Below, piece by piece: positions 35,772 through 45,588 of a DNA stretch of 59,719 nucleotides. Numbering within the stretch: position 1 is the stretch's first letter; every line of letters begins with the position of its first letter. Location of the stretch: positions 1-59,719 of the IMG/VR virus record IMGVR_UViG_3300038393_002467. The stretch is one strand, 5' to 3'. A model generated the notes under the pieces. It made no database searches, was not told the DNA's origin, and saw only the letters and a program-made list of their open reading frames with translations. Source of the DNA: a virus. Lineage: Duplodnaviria; Caudoviricetes. Made by a program: the position numbers and the translations under genes.

Positions 35772-36148
35772 TGGAGCCCGGGGTCTACCACCTGCGGATC
35801 AGCCCGCGCGGCTCCGTCCGCACCCTCTTCGCATTCGCCGAGCCGGACGCCACCCCGGTCGACTTCACCGGGGCCGAGGCCCGCGTCGAGGTCCGCAACG
35901 CCCCGGACGGCGGCACCCTCTACCTGTCGATCAGCGAGACCCCCAGCGCCGACGGCTACATCACCGTCGGGGCCACCCCGGGGCAGATCGCCCTGTTTTT
36001 CACGGCCGAGTCGACAGACCGGCTGGCCGGAGTGCGCCGCGCGTACTGGGACCTGTTCGTCGAGTTCCCGAACGGAGAGGACGTCGTGAAGATGATGAAG
36101 GGCCGGGTCCTGATCGACCCCAGCGTGACGGACCCGACCCATGACTGA
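35771..36148 (+). CDS. Fibre-associated/baseplate upper-like protein
   Basis: [14 protein letters not shown]...YWDL...[11 protein letters not shown] precedes the collagen fibre. Confidence 0.65.
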   Translation: MEPGVYHLRISPRGSVRTLFAFAEPDATPVDFTGAEARVEVRNAPDGGTLYLSISETPSADGYITVGATPGQIALFFTAESTDRLAGVRRAYWDLFVEFPNGEDVVKMMKGRVLIDPSVTDPTHD

Positions 36149-38501
36149 GGTCACCGTCACCGAGGACGTCGTCAACGTCGTCGTGTCCGAGATGGGTGCG
36201 GCCGGTCCGCTGGGCCCGGCCGGTCCCGCCGGACCCAAGGGCGACCCGGGCGACCCGGGCCCCACCGGCGAGCAGGGGCCCGCGGGTGTCGACGGCGACC
36301 CGGGCCCGGTCGGCCCCGCTGGCCCCACCGGTCCGGCTGGCACGGCCGGGGCCACTGGTCCGGCAGGCCCGGCCGGTGCGCAGGGCCCCGCCGGTCCCGC
36401 GGGCGCGGACGGCGCGGACGGCGCGGAGGGCGTGCAGGGCCCGGCCGGTGAGGCCGGTCCGGCGGGCCTGACCTTCGCCGGGGCGTGGTCGGCGGGCACG
36501 ACCTACGCCGAGGCGGACCTCGTCACGTATAACGGCAGCGGCTACTACGCCACGGCCGCCATCGCCTCCGGGGGCGCGGCACCCGACAGCAACGCGCTGT
36601 GGCAGGCGCTCGTGCTGCAGGGCGCGCCGGGACCGCAGGGACCGACCGGACCGCAGGGGCCCACCGGGGCCACCGGCCCGGCCGGTGCTACCGGGGCCAC
36701 CGGCGCGACCGGTGCCACCGGACCGCAGGGGCCCACGGGTCCGACGGGGCCACAGGGTGCGACCGGTGCGACCGGTGCGACCGGTGCGACGGGCCCGGTC
36801 GGACCGGCGGGTCCCTCCGGCGGCGGGGCCATCTCGGCCCGGCTCGTCTCCTCGATGACGGCGCTGACGACCACCGGCACCTTCGAGGTGGGCCCGGAGT
36901 GGCCGACCGGGGCCACGAACATCCTCGTCCTGCTCGACAACGAGTTGCTCCGGGTCACGAACATCGCCGTCGCCGGGTCGAACCGCACCTTCACCGTGCA
37001 GCGCGCCCAGTACGGGACGGCCGCGGCGACCCACAACGCGAACCGCACCGCCTACGTCCGGCACCCGATGCAGCCGGTGGAAGGCGCGACCGGTCCCGCG
37101 GGTCCGGCGGGTCCGGCTGGGCCCGCCGGGCCTGCGGGTGAGCAGGGACCGACGGGGGCGACCGGCCCGGCGGGTGCCGACGGTGCCGACGGCGAGCCGG
37201 GCCCGGTGGGACCTGCTGGCCCTGCGGGGGCAACCGGTCCGCAGGGTCCCGCGGGGGCGACCGGCCCTGCCGGTCCGGCCGGGCCGCAGGGTCCATCAGG
37301 TGCGGTGGGCCCTGCGGGTCCGGCCGGGGCCACCGGTCCAGCGGGTCCGACGGGTCCGGCCGGTGCGGACGGTGCGACCGGGGCCACCGGAGCAGCCGGG
37401 GTCGGGGTGCCGACCGGCGGTACGACCGGGCAGGTGCTGAAGAAGTCCTCGAACGCCGACTACGCCACCTCGTGGGGCGACCTGCCGGTGGCCCTGCCGA
37501 CCGGCGGCACGACAGGGCAGGTGCTGACGAAGCAGAGCGCCACCAACGGCGACGCGACGTGGCAGACACCCGCCACCCCGTCGGCGGACCCGTGGGCCAA
37601 GCGCCTCGACCTGCCGCTGACGACGCTGACCGGGTGGACCGTCGGCACCGGGACGTGGACCGCGGACGGGGTCGGCATCCACCAGACCGATGCCTCGGCC
37701 AACAACCGGCGGCTGCGCTACACCGCCTCCCGGGAGCCCGGCTCGATCCTCGTCGCCGAGGTCGAGGTCCGGCTCGACGGCACCGGCGGCGGTGCGGGCA
37801 ACGCCGGGCTCGTCTTCCACACCGGGCCGGGGGACAACACCAACGGCCTGCGCGTCGACCTGCGTGGCAACGGCACGAACATCACCGCCGTCGGCATGGA
37901 GTCCGACGGGGTGACGGCGCGCGGCACCTACAACCTCGACGCGAACATCGCCTACGGCACGTTCGTGAAGTTGCGGGTCTACGTCAGCGACGAGGCCGCC
38001 GACGTCTACATCAACGACGTCTTCCTCTTCTCCGCCAAGGTCATCTACGTCAACGACGGCAACACCCTCGGGCTCGTCACCTACACCGCCTCGGCGACGT
38101 TCCGCAACCTCAAGGTGTGGACGCTGCTGACGCCGGGCGAGACGACGACCCCGACGGTGGGCGTGTCCAGCGGCACCTACACGGTGCCGGGGGCACTCGC
38201 GGTCAGCACCGGCACGGCCCGCATCTACAACGACACCGGCGTCACCCGGGTCATCACGAAGATCCGCGCCTCGGTGGGCACCGCACCCACCGGTGCCTCC
38301 GTCATCGTCGACGTCAAGAAGAACGGCACGTCGCTGTTCCCGACCTCCGCCAAGCCGACCATCGCCGCCGGGGCCAACACCGGCACGGCGGTGCCGGACA
38401 CGGTGACGTGGGGCGACGGGGAGTACCTCACCCTCGACATCACGCAGGTCGGCTCGGGAGTGCCGGGCGCGGACCTGACGCTGACCGTCACCACGAGGTG
38501 A
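36141..38501 (+). CDS. Collagen-like tail fibre
   Basis: Three long Gly-X-Y blocks, two [10 protein letters not shown] repeats, beta-sandwich domains. Confidence 0.9.
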   Translation: MTEVTVTEDVVNVVVSEMGAAGPLGPAGPAGPKGDPGDPGPTGEQGPAGVDGDPGPVGPAGPTGPAGTAGATGPAGPAGAQGPAGPAGADGADGAEGVQGPAGEAGPAGLTFAGAWSAGTTYAEADLVTYNGSGYYATAAIASGGAAPDSNALWQALVLQGAPGPQGPTGPQGPTGATGPAGATGATGATGATGPQGPTGPTGPQGATGATGATGATGPVGPAGPSGGGAISARLVSSMTALTTTGTFEVGPEWPTGATNILVLLDNELLRVTNIAVAGSNRTFTVQRAQYGTAAATHNANRTAYVRHPMQPVEGATGPAGPAGPAGPAGPAGEQGPTGATGPAGADGADGEPGPVGPAGPAGATGPQGPAGATGPAGPAGPQGPSGAVGPAGPAGATGPAGPTGPAGADGATGATGAAGVGVPTGGTTGQVLKKSSNADYATSWGDLPVALPTGGTTGQVLTKQSATNGDATWQTPATPSADPWAKRLDLPLTTLTGWTVGTGTWTADGVGIHQTDASANNRRLRYTASREPGSILVAEVEVRLDGTGGGAGNAGLVFHTGPGDNTNGLRVDLRGNGTNITAVGMESDGVTARGTYNLDANIAYGTFVKLRVYVSDEAADVYINDVFLFSAKVIYVNDGNTLGLVTYTASATFRNLKVWTLLTPGETTTPTVGVSSGTYTVPGALAVSTGTARIYNDTGVTRVITKIRASVGTAPTGASVIVDVKKNGTSLFPTSAKPTIAAGANTGTAVPDTVTWGDGEYLTLDITQVGSGVPGADLTLTVTTR

Positions 38502-38505
38502 GCGC

Positions 38506-39660
38506 GTGTCGTACCTGAGCGAGTGCCTCGCCGACAGCCCGGCGCTGCTGATCCCCGGCGTCGAGCAGCCGGTCTACGCCACCGCGGCCACCGCCTCCAC
38601 GCAGTTCGCCTCCGAGCCCGCCTCGCAGGCCATCAACGGCGAGGTCAACGCGGGAGGCGGCTGGACAACGAACGGGGTGTCGACCGGCTGGCTGCGGGTC
38701 CAGTTCGCCACGGCCCAGACGCTGACGTACTACGCGATCCGCCGCCGCGACGACATCCCGGCCCGCAACCCGAAGGACTGGACGTTCGAGGGCAGCAACG
38801 ACGGCACGACCTTCACCGTCCTCGACACCCGCACCAACCAGACGTGGCCGACAGCCGGGGCGACGCAGGAGTACACCTTCGCCAACTCGACGGCCTACCT
38901 CTACTACCGGCTCAACATCACCGCCAACAACGGCGACGTCTACCTGTCGGTCATCGAGATCTTCTTCGGCCGGTTCGCCGACGTCAGCGGCAACAACCGG
39001 CACCTCAACGAGTTGCGCCGCACGCCGACGGCCGACTCCTCCAACCTTGTCCTGACCGACCCGCGCGGCTCGGTGCTGTTCACCGGCACCGGCAAGTGCT
39101 ACCGGCGCAACGCCGAGTCGTGGATGTACGCCAGCACCTCCTACACCGTCGAGGCGCTCATCAAGACGACGACGGCGGGCTCGATGCAGATCATCACCCT
39201 CGACGACGCGGGCGGCACCCCGACCGAGACCCGCCGCAGGTGGGCCCTTGGCACGACGACAGGCACGCTGCCGTTCTTCCAGATGTACGCCACCGGCGGT
39301 GCCCAGTTCTTCGCCGCCATCGGCACCGTCGCGCTCAACGACGGGGCCGTGCACCACGTCGCCGGGGTCTGCGACGGGGTCGCCAAGACGGCCACGCTCT
39401 ACACCGACGGGGCGCAGGCGGGCCAGATCGCGTGGAGCGGCAGCCACACCGGTGCCGTCGACATCCGCAGCCCGCTGACAGTCGGCACGGGCTACAACAA
39501 CAACTACGAGGCCGGGCAGTTCCAGCCGTTCGCGGGGAACGCCGGATGGCTCGGCTACTACATGACGGCACTGAGCCCGACCCGGATCGCCGCGCACGCC
39601 GCGGCCCGCACCTTCATGCCCAACACCACCGGCGCGTACTGGGGCGCGCGGCTCGGATGA
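38506..39660 (+). CDS. Discoidin (F5/8C) + LamG/ConA-like receptor-binding protein
   Basis: WLRVQF...PKDWTFEGSNDG...YYRLNIT; YTVEALIK...LNDGAVHHVAG...LYTDG. Confidence 0.8.
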   Translation: MSYLSECLADSPALLIPGVEQPVYATAATASTQFASEPASQAINGEVNAGGGWTTNGVSTGWLRVQFATAQTLTYYAIRRRDDIPARNPKDWTFEGSNDGTTFTVLDTRTNQTWPTAGATQEYTFANSTAYLYYRLNITANNGDVYLSVIEIFFGRFADVSGNNRHLNELRRTPTADSSNLVLTDPRGSVLFTGTGKCYRRNAESWMYASTSYTVEALIKTTTAGSMQIITLDDAGGTPTETRRRWALGTTTGTLPFFQMYATGGAQFFAAIGTVALNDGAVHHVAGVCDGVAKTATLYTDGAQAGQIAWSGSHTGAVDIRSPLTVGTGYNNNYEAGQFQPFAGNAGWLGYYMTALSPTRIAAHAAARTFMPNTTGAYWGARLG

Positions 39661-39664
39661 GGAG

Positions 39665-40060
39665 ATGACGATGACCGCACCGAAGAAGGCAGCAGCGAAG
39701 AAGACGACGGCCCCCCGCAAGCGGGCCCCGAAGAAGGTGACGGCCCGCCCGCAGGACGTCATCGCCGGACCGGACGCCGACGTCGCCCCGGACGGCAGCA
39801 CCGTTTACGCGGCTGGAGCGCCCGTTTACGGCTTCCCGCTGGCCGAGGACGGGTACTTCAGCGTCCCGGTCACCTCGCGGCGCTCCACGAGCCGCGGGGC
39901 CAAGGTCATCTTGCTGCGGCACCGGCTCGGGCTGACCCCGCGGGGGGAGTTCGACGAGGAGATGGCCGAGGCCGTCGGGCGCTACCAGCGCGAGCACGAC
40001 CTGCCCTACACCCGGGTCGTGGACCGGGCCACGTGGGAGCACCTGTTCGCCGAGGACTGA
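39665..40060 (+). CDS. Stand-alone peptidoglycan-binding-domain protein with Lys/Ala-rich N-terminus
   Basis: GEFDEEMAEAVGRYQREHDL..TRVVDRATW fits PG_binding_1. Confidence 0.65.
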   Translation: MTMTAPKKAAAKKTTAPRKRAPKKVTARPQDVIAGPDADVAPDGSTVYAAGAPVYGFPLAEDGYFSVPVTSRRSTSRGAKVILLRHRLGLTPRGEFDEEMAEAVGRYQREHDLPYTRVVDRATWEHLFAED

Positions 40061-40063
40061 GCG

Positions 40064-40082
40064 GTGTCACACCGTGTGACAC
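40064..40082. repeat. 19-bp palindrome copy (perfect), upstream of the peptidase
   Basis: GTGTCACACCGTGTGACAC. Confidence 0.95.
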
Positions 40083-40100
40083 GACGATGAGGAGCCCGAC

Positions 40101-40805
40101 ATGGCCGATGCCGACCTGACCATCCAGACCGTTCCGCAGACCAGCCCGCTGCTGGGACGGCACTTGGTGCACGACCGGCGCAGCCGCGCCTTCCCCTTCG
40201 AGATCGCCGTGGACCGCTCGACGTGGCGCACGCGCAATGTGCGCGTAATCGACCCGCGGCCCAACCCGCGGCAGACCGTCGGCAACTGCACGACGTGCGC
40301 CAAGGGGATGCAGATGAACGCCGTCGGCAACCGCAGGCTTGGGCAGGTGCTCGGGATGGACTGGGCCCTCGACGCCTACGTCTGGGAGACCGCCAACGAC
40401 GAGTTCCCCGGGCAGTGGAACCGGGACGGCAGCGGCGATGACACCGGCTCCTCCGGCCTCGCCTCGTGCAAGACGGCCGAGCACCTCGGCATCGGCGGGG
40501 ACTACCGCTGGCTGTTCGGCGGGGCCGACGAGGTGGTGCAGGCCATCATGAGCGGCGAGGTCATCAGCGTCGGCACGTGGTGGCACAACAACATGTTCAG
40601 CCCGGACGCCGACGGGCGGCTGCACCTCGGCGGCGGTCTGGCCGGTGGGCACCAGTACGTGGCCCGCGGCTACGACGTGCGCCGCGACTGGGTCCTCATC
40701 CGGTGCTGGTGGGGGCCGGAGTTCCGGGACGCGTGGCTGGCCCGCGCCGACCTGCAGACCCTGCTCATGGACGGCGGCGACGCGCACTGGCAGCGGCGGC
40801 TCTGA
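40101..40805 (+). CDS. Papain-like cysteine peptidase
   Basis: QTVGNC (Gln...Cys), GGHQY (His), IRCWWG in place of NSWG. Confidence 0.65.
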   Translation: MADADLTIQTVPQTSPLLGRHLVHDRRSRAFPFEIAVDRSTWRTRNVRVIDPRPNPRQTVGNCTTCAKGMQMNAVGNRRLGQVLGMDWALDAYVWETANDEFPGQWNRDGSGDDTGSSGLASCKTAEHLGIGGDYRWLFGGADEVVQAIMSGEVISVGTWWHNNMFSPDADGRLHLGGGLAGGHQYVARGYDVRRDWVLIRCWWGPEFRDAWLARADLQTLLMDGGDAHWQRRL

Positions 40806-40819
40806 GCCCGGGCATGACA

Positions 40820-40867
40820 AAGGCCCCGCACCTCCCGGAAGGACGGAAAGAGGAGGTGCGGGGCCTT
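40820..40867. terminator. 16-bp stem hairpin where the two arms converge
   Basis: AAGGCCCCGCACCTCC / GGAGGTGCGGGGCCTT between convergent genes. Confidence 0.75.
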
Positions 40868-40896
40868 CGGCACTCCTGACGCAGACGGTCAGGGTG

Positions 40897-41100
40897 CTAC
40901 TCGGATGGAGGCGGCGGACATCCGAGGGTCTTGCAGTACATCTGCCGGTGCAGCGAGGTGGCCGTCGCGTGCTGCGCGGCCTTCTCGTGCTTGCGGGCGG
41001 CGAGGTCCACGTGCTGCGCGAGCGCGGCGGGTCCGGTCTGCTCGTGCCGCCACGCGCACGCGCTGTTGGCGCAGTGCGCGGCGGCGTGCCATGTGCTCAT
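40897..41100 (-). CDS. Small Cys/His protein
   Basis: MSTWHAAAHCANSAC...; ATGA overlap. Confidence 0.5.
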   Translation of the reverse strand: MSTWHAAAHCANSACAWRHEQTGPAALAQHVDLAARKHEKAAQHATATSLHRQMYCKTLGCPPPPSE

Positions 41101-41330
41101 GTCGACCGCCCCTCGGCGGCGTCGGCGATCTGCGCCTTCACCCGCTCGACGCCCCACTCCAGCGCGGCCAGCGCCTTCTCGTGGTCGCCGAGGTCGAACG
41201 TCACCTCGATGTCGACGCTCGGGGTCCGGAGCCGGAACCCGCCGCCCGGCGTGCCGATGTCGACGGTCTCCATGGCGGCGGTCGCCACTACCCGCGGCTT
41301 GCCGACGAACCGGTCAGTCACCGTACTCAC
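41097..41330 (-). CDS. Small hypothetical protein
   Basis: GTG start, MSTVTDRFVGKPRV... Confidence 0.5.
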   Translation of the reverse strand: MSTVTDRFVGKPRVVATAAMETVDIGTPGGGFRLRTPSVDIEVTFDLGDHEKALAALEWGVERVKAQIADAAEGRST

Positions 41331-41661
41331 CTCCGCAGCAGCCGTCGCAGTCGTGCTCGGCGATATCGAGCAGTACCTCCGGGGCGCTGAAGGACGCCAT
41401 GAACTCCAGCGAGTCCGGGTCCGGGTGCATGTTCCCGTGCCCGCAGACCCGGGAGAACAAGCCCTGACGGTCCAGTCGCAGGATGACCGGCCAGTCCCGC
41501 ATCCCGTGCGTGCTCGGGTTGTGGATGGTGCACCGCTCACCCTCGCACTTACCCGGGCCGTGCACGAACACGTCCGTGGTGCGCGGCCCCGGCACCGGCA
41601 TGACGAGCATCGTCACCCGCTCGTAGCCCATCTGCGCGGCCTCCTCGTCAGACAGGGGCAT
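41314..41661 (-). CDS. Cys/His-rich hypothetical protein
   Basis: CTIHNPSTH, RVCGHGNMHPDPD, HDCDGCC. Confidence 0.65.
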   Translation of the reverse strand: MPLSDEEAAQMGYERVTMLVMPVPGPRTTDVFVHGPGKCEGERCTIHNPSTHGMRDWPVILRLDRQGLFSRVCGHGNMHPDPDSLEFMASFSAPEVLLDIAEHDCDGCCGGEYGD

Positions 41662-42100
41662 CGGGCACCTCCGGCCTGTGCATCGGGTCCTCGCACCGGC
41701 ACAGCGAGATCTCGTCGCGACCCTCGTCCCACGCGGTGCCGTCGCAGTTGCCGTGCTTACCCTGCTGGCACTCCGGGCAGACTGGCTTGGCCGTGGTCAC
41801 AGCGGCGATAGCCTCGGCGACCTCCGGGTCGAAGCCGCTGCGGATCAGCAGGTCCGCGGCCGTGATCTCGCCGCGCCGCAGCGCGAGGAAGTCGTTGGCG
41901 TAGCGGACCATCGGGCCCTCCTGCGGTGTCACACCGTGTGACACGTCCCAGTCCTCGCCGCCCTCGCGCAGCGCCCCGGTGATCTGGGCGAAGTTGAGCG
42001 TCAGCGCGTCGTCGTCCAGACCCAGCCGGGTCATCGTGCGGGTCTGGTCCATCAGCCGCTTCAGTGCCGCGATCTGTGCCGCCTCCCTGCTGTCGGTCAC
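41648..42100 (-). CDS. Hypothetical protein, possibly a two-gene fusion with an internal start at 41911
   Basis: GGAGG RBS at GTG 42100; internal palindrome, then GGAGG and ATG; C-terminal CPEC...HGNC. Confidence 0.6.
   Translation of the reverse strand: MTDSREAAQIAALKRLMDQTRTMTRLGLDDDALTLNFAQITGALREGGEDWDVSHGVTPQEGPMVRYANDFLALRRGEITAADLLIRSGFDPEVAEAIAAVTTAKPVCPECQQGKHGNCDGTAWDEGRDEISLCRCEDPMHRPEVPDAPV
41926..41944. repeat. 19-bp palindrome copy (perfect, intragenic)
   Basis: GTGTCACACCGTGTGACAC. Confidence 0.95.
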
Positions 42101-42369
42101 GATGCCTCCTCCATCAGCGCGGCGAGGTCGCCGTCGCTGGTCTCGATGAACCGGCCGGTCATCCGGATCAGCCGGTAGCCGGGGTCGACGGCCCGGCAGT
42201 CGCCGCACAGGCTCAGCCCGTCCGCGGCCGTGCCGCGCTTGCCCTTGCGCCGCAGCGTCCGGCCGCACCGCTCACAGAACTTGCCGAACGCCTCCTCCGG
42301 CGAGGACTTGAACGCCGTCGCCCGCGTCAGGTCCGCGTCGGTGTGGTACTTGATTCCGTTGGTGCTCAA
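42097..42369 (-). CDS. Small Zn-finger protein
   Basis: CERC...CGDC. Confidence 0.55.
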   Translation of the reverse strand: MSTNGIKYHTDADLTRATAFKSSPEEAFGKFCERCGRTLRRKGKRGTAADGLSLCGDCRAVDPGYRLIRMTGRFIETSDGDLAALMEEAS

Positions 42370-42584
42370 CGGTTCCCCCTTCCGATGATCTTCCAGCGCC
42401 GGGAGAAATCCCGGACGCCGATGATGGCCCCGACCTCAGTGATGTCCCAGCCGTGGTCGAGCGCGTACTGCACCGTCTCCCTGAACTGCCTGCCCTCGGG
42501 GGAGTGCCAGTCGAAGACCGTCACCTCCCGCCGGGGCACCCGGTCGAACGCGGCCGTGACCGCGCGGTGAATCATCCGCTCCAT
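42366..42584 (-). CDS. Small hypothetical (possible HTH) protein
   Basis: ALDHGWDITEVGAIIGV; GGAGG RBS. Confidence 0.5.
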   Translation of the reverse strand: MERMIHRAVTAAFDRVPRREVTVFDWHSPEGRQFRETVQYALDHGWDITEVGAIIGVRDFSRRWKIIGRGNR

Positions 42585-42847
42585 TTCCGTTGCCTCCGGT
42601 CCTCCGCCTTCTGGATGACGGTGTGCTCGGCACAGAAGTACCGCCGCTCGCCGTTCTCGTCCCGCACGTTCGACGCCGGAGTCGGCGCGAACGTGACCTC
42701 GTGGCGGTGGAGCGCCATGATGCACGCGTCGCAGGAGGTGATCCGGCCCGCGTGCTTTCGCCATGCGACACCGGGCTTGCGAGACCGTTGAGACTTGTAC
42801 TTCTCAGGGATCTCGAACATCGGCTCGGTGCCGTACGGGTCAGCCAT
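42572..42847 (-). CDS. Small Zn-binding protein
   Basis: CDAC...CAEH. Confidence 0.6.
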   Translation of the reverse strand: MADPYGTEPMFEIPEKYKSQRSRKPGVAWRKHAGRITSCDACIMALHRHEVTFAPTPASNVRDENGERRYFCAEHTVIQKAEDRRQRKWSG

Positions 42848-43847
42848 CGCCCTCGACCTTCCGGCGGCGGGAGGCCCGGGTCCGGATCGGTCGGATGTCG
42901 AGGCGGGAGTAGGCCGACCGGGTGGTGGCCGGGACCTCCGAGGCCCCGACCTCGATCCACCGGACCGAGTGCGTCTCGGTGCGGCCCTCGGCCCCGCGCA
43001 GCGCCGACGAGGCGGACTTGCGGTCCTTCTCCAGCGCCTTGATCTGCTCGCTGGAGGTCAGGTACACGTCGATGGCTTCGAGGTAGACCGGGTCGTCGAT
43101 GAGCCCGCTGACGTCGGAGTCCTGCTCGCCGCGGCACTGCGGTGCGAACGGGCAGCAGGCCCAGCACCATTCGCGGGCCGGGTCACGCATGGCGAACTCG
43201 TCCATCTGCACGGCGTACAGGACATCGTCGAGCCACTCGATGGCCTGCGCCACGATGGCCTCGTCGTACGGCTCGGAGAACACCACCGGCGTGGACGTGA
43301 CCGCCGACCGGTCGATGTAGACGTTGTGCAGCCAGCAGTCCTTGCGGTCCATGTCGCCGCGTTCGATGAGGGCCTTGGCGTAGAGCGCCTTCTGGAACCG
43401 CTCCTGATCGGAGGGTCCGGTGCGGCGCACCACCGCCAGCCCGTCACGGCTCTTGAAGTCGATCAGGTGCCGCCGGTTGTGCAGGTCCGGGTGGCCGGGG
43501 ATGTTCAACTCGAAGCCGCGGACGTGCAGTTGCACCGTCACCTCGGCCTGCTTGACCCAGCCGTCACCGGGGAACATCGCCACCATCGCAGCCTCGATGT
43601 GGTCGCCGATGGCGGTGCCGATGAAGGCGGCGAGGTCGTAGCGGTCGACGTCCTGCGACGGCTCCTCGTTGACGATCATCCGCCGGACGTACTCGTGGCA
43701 GTTGCCGATGTCGCTGACGCCGAGGACGTTCGTGTTCGACTGGCGGCTGCGGTCGCTCTCGTTGGTGGCGCGCCGGAAGGCGGTCTCCACCTTGGCGGCG
43801 AGGTCGTCCTGCAACTCCACCGCCTCCACGCTGTGCGGTTCGATCAT
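42840..43847 (-). CDS. Cas4-like PD-(D/E)XK exonuclease
   Basis: GVSDIGNC, GTAIG, HPD...IDFKS, Q..LYA, CWACCPFAPQC. Confidence 0.8.
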   Translation of the reverse strand: MIEPHSVEAVELQDDLAAKVETAFRRATNESDRSRQSNTNVLGVSDIGNCHEYVRRMIVNEEPSQDVDRYDLAAFIGTAIGDHIEAAMVAMFPGDGWVKQAEVTVQLHVRGFELNIPGHPDLHNRRHLIDFKSRDGLAVVRRTGPSDQERFQKALYAKALIERGDMDRKDCWLHNVYIDRSAVTSTPVVFSEPYDEAIVAQAIEWLDDVLYAVQMDEFAMRDPAREWCWACCPFAPQCRGEQDSDVSGLIDDPVYLEAIDVYLTSSEQIKALEKDRKSASSALRGAEGRTETHSVRWIEVGASEVPATTRSAYSRLDIRPIRTRASRRRKVEGDG

Positions 43848-44059
43848 GGTCTGTCCCCCGTGCTGTAGATGGTCTGTGGCTCGCGCTCGATCCGCTCGTC
43901 GATGTCTCGGTCACGGCGCTCACCCACCTCCGCCCCGTAGTGCAGGACCCAGAAGGCGGCGGCGGTGAGACCGGTGGCGATGGCCGCGCCGCGGTGTTCC
44001 GGCAGGCAGAAGTTCGCCACGAGGGCGAGGAAGACGACGACCTCGTAGATGCGCCTCAT
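43844..44059 (-). CDS. Small membrane protein
   Basis: MRRIYEVVVFLALVANF..., two hydrophobic stretches, ATGA overlaps. Confidence 0.55.
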   Translation of the reverse strand: MRRIYEVVVFLALVANFCLPEHRGAAIATGLTAAAFWVLHYGAEVGERRDRDIDERIEREPQTIYSTGDRP

Positions 44060-44805
44060 GCCTGCGGCTCCTCTCCGGCGAGGGCCTGCCGCTGCTCGTC
44101 GGTCAGCGGCCGACCGCCGAGGGCCCGGGCGATGTGCTCGTGCCCGGCCGGGGGCTGCGGCGGCTGCTGGGCCGCTGCCGCGGCGGCCTCGGCCTGCAGT
44201 GCCGCGAGCATCGCCGCCTGCTCCGGCTGGTAGAGCCGCCGGATGATGTCGCGGGTGGCCCCGTTGTCGTAGAGCGACAGGCCGAACTGGGTGCCGAGGT
44301 AGATGGCACACCGCTTCAGCGCATCGGAGGCGGCGGTCTTGATGGCGTTGTCGGCGGTCTCGCCGATGTCGGCCCCGCTGTTGGCCCCGATGGCCGTCTC
44401 CGAGTAGACGGCGTCCTCCCCGCGCGGGCCGATCCCGAAGATGGTCAGCCGGACGGTGGCCTGCGCGATGACCTGCGGGGCCTTGTCCTTGCCCGCGTTC
44501 TGCCCGCCGGTGTACTGGCCCTGCCGCCCGCCCTCGCGGACGTCGACGATCTTGCTGTCGACCACCTCGGCGGAGAACCCGCCGAAGCCGAAGACCCGGA
44601 TGAGGGTGGCCTTGATGTCGTACGCCTCAACGTAGGACAGGTTCTTGCCGCCCTGCGACCGGTGCGCGACCCGCGCCTCGTGCAACGGGCTCATCAGGAA
44701 CCCGACCTGTTCCTTGGTCAGTTCCACTCGTGGGCGGGTGTCGACCAACTCCAGTGCCTGCGCCCCGAAGACCGCCTCGGCCTCGCCCTGCTGCTGTTCC
44801 GTCAT
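44056..44805 (-). CDS. Rad52/Sak-like single-strand annealing protein
   Basis: LSYVEAYDI...RVFGFGGFS, KTAASDALKRCAIYLGTQFGLSLYD. Confidence 0.85.
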   Translation of the reverse strand: MTEQQQGEAEAVFGAQALELVDTRPRVELTKEQVGFLMSPLHEARVAHRSQGGKNLSYVEAYDIKATLIRVFGFGGFSAEVVDSKIVDVREGGRQGQYTGGQNAGKDKAPQVIAQATVRLTIFGIGPRGEDAVYSETAIGANSGADIGETADNAIKTAASDALKRCAIYLGTQFGLSLYDNGATRDIIRRLYQPEQAAMLAALQAEAAAAAAQQPPQPPAGHEHIARALGGRPLTDEQRQALAGEEPQA

Positions 44806-44827
44806 GCTGCCGTCCCTTCCCTGTGCC

Positions 44828-44846
44828 GTGTCACACCGTGTGACAC
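44828..44846. repeat. 19-bp palindrome copy (perfect), upstream of the Sak-like gene
   Basis: GTGTCACACCGTGTGACAC. Confidence 0.95.
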
Positions 44847-44891
44847 GGGCGGTTGCGTATCCGCGGGGCCACTCCCCCCATTCTACCTTTT

Positions 44892-45272
44892 TTAGGTCCC
44901 GTAATCCAGCGTTCGCAGGACCGGGCCCCCTTCTGCGACAACGAGATCCGCCTCGTCGACGTCGTCGAAATCGCCGTCGCAGTCGTGCCGCCACCACATC
45001 CCGTGCGCCCGGATCGGCACGTCCTGCGGGCGCAGGTGGCTGGGCACGATGAAGCCCGAGGCGCGGGCCGCCTCCGGGTTCGCGTGCGCCCAGCGGTGGC
45101 ACGTGCTGCACAGTCGGACACCATTGCACGGGCAGTGCCGGTGCTCGACGATCCGGCGGCGGCGGCGGTGGTGCCAGTCCGAGCCGGGGCCGCCGCACCG
45201 TTCGCAGCGCCCGTCCGAGCGCCGGGCCACGATCTCCCGGCTGCGGGTCGGGATGCGGGTCGGGTCACTCAT
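44892..45272 (-). CDS. HNH endonuclease
   Basis: CERC, HHRRRR, NGVRLCSTCHRWAH. Confidence 0.8.
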   Translation of the reverse strand: MSDPTRIPTRSREIVARRSDGRCERCGGPGSDWHHRRRRRIVEHRHCPCNGVRLCSTCHRWAHANPEAARASGFIVPSHLRPQDVPIRAHGMWWRHDCDGDFDDVDEADLVVAEGGPVLRTLDYGT

Positions 45273-45588
45273 CGCGCACCTCGTGCATCTCGACGACGGT
45301 CATCCCGAGCCACTCGGCGATCTGCCGCTCCATGACCGCACCCTGCGAGGTCTTCCAGCCCGGCAGCAGCACGATGCTCTGGCACCGCAGCAACTGGGCG
45401 AACCCGGCCCGCAGGTAGAACTCGTACGGCATCTCGACGTCGGGCACCTCGTTGACGACAGGGTTCTCGACGGCGACGTGGCCGCTGGCCCGCAGCGTCC
45501 ACTCCATGTCCGCGAACGCCTTGCGGTTCTTGTCCGGCAGGCCGGTCATCGGGCCCGCGATGTAGACCGGCTCGGGCAGGCGGTCCAT
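45265..45588 (-). CDS. DUF4406 (nucleoside deoxyribosyltransferase-like) protein
   Basis: VYIAGPMTGLPDKN, ENP, LLPGWKTSQGAVME. Confidence 0.8.
   Translation of the reverse strand: MDRLPEPVYIAGPMTGLPDKNRKAFADMEWTLRASGHVAVENPVVNEVPDVEMPYEFYLRAGFAQLLRCQSIVLLPGWKTSQGAVMERQIAEWLGMTVVEMHEVRDE

Noticed and set aside
34971-39660. Diversity-generating retroelement or invertible fibre cassette
   Set aside because: No reverse transcriptase, invertase or TR/VR pair seen; the repeats are collagen codons
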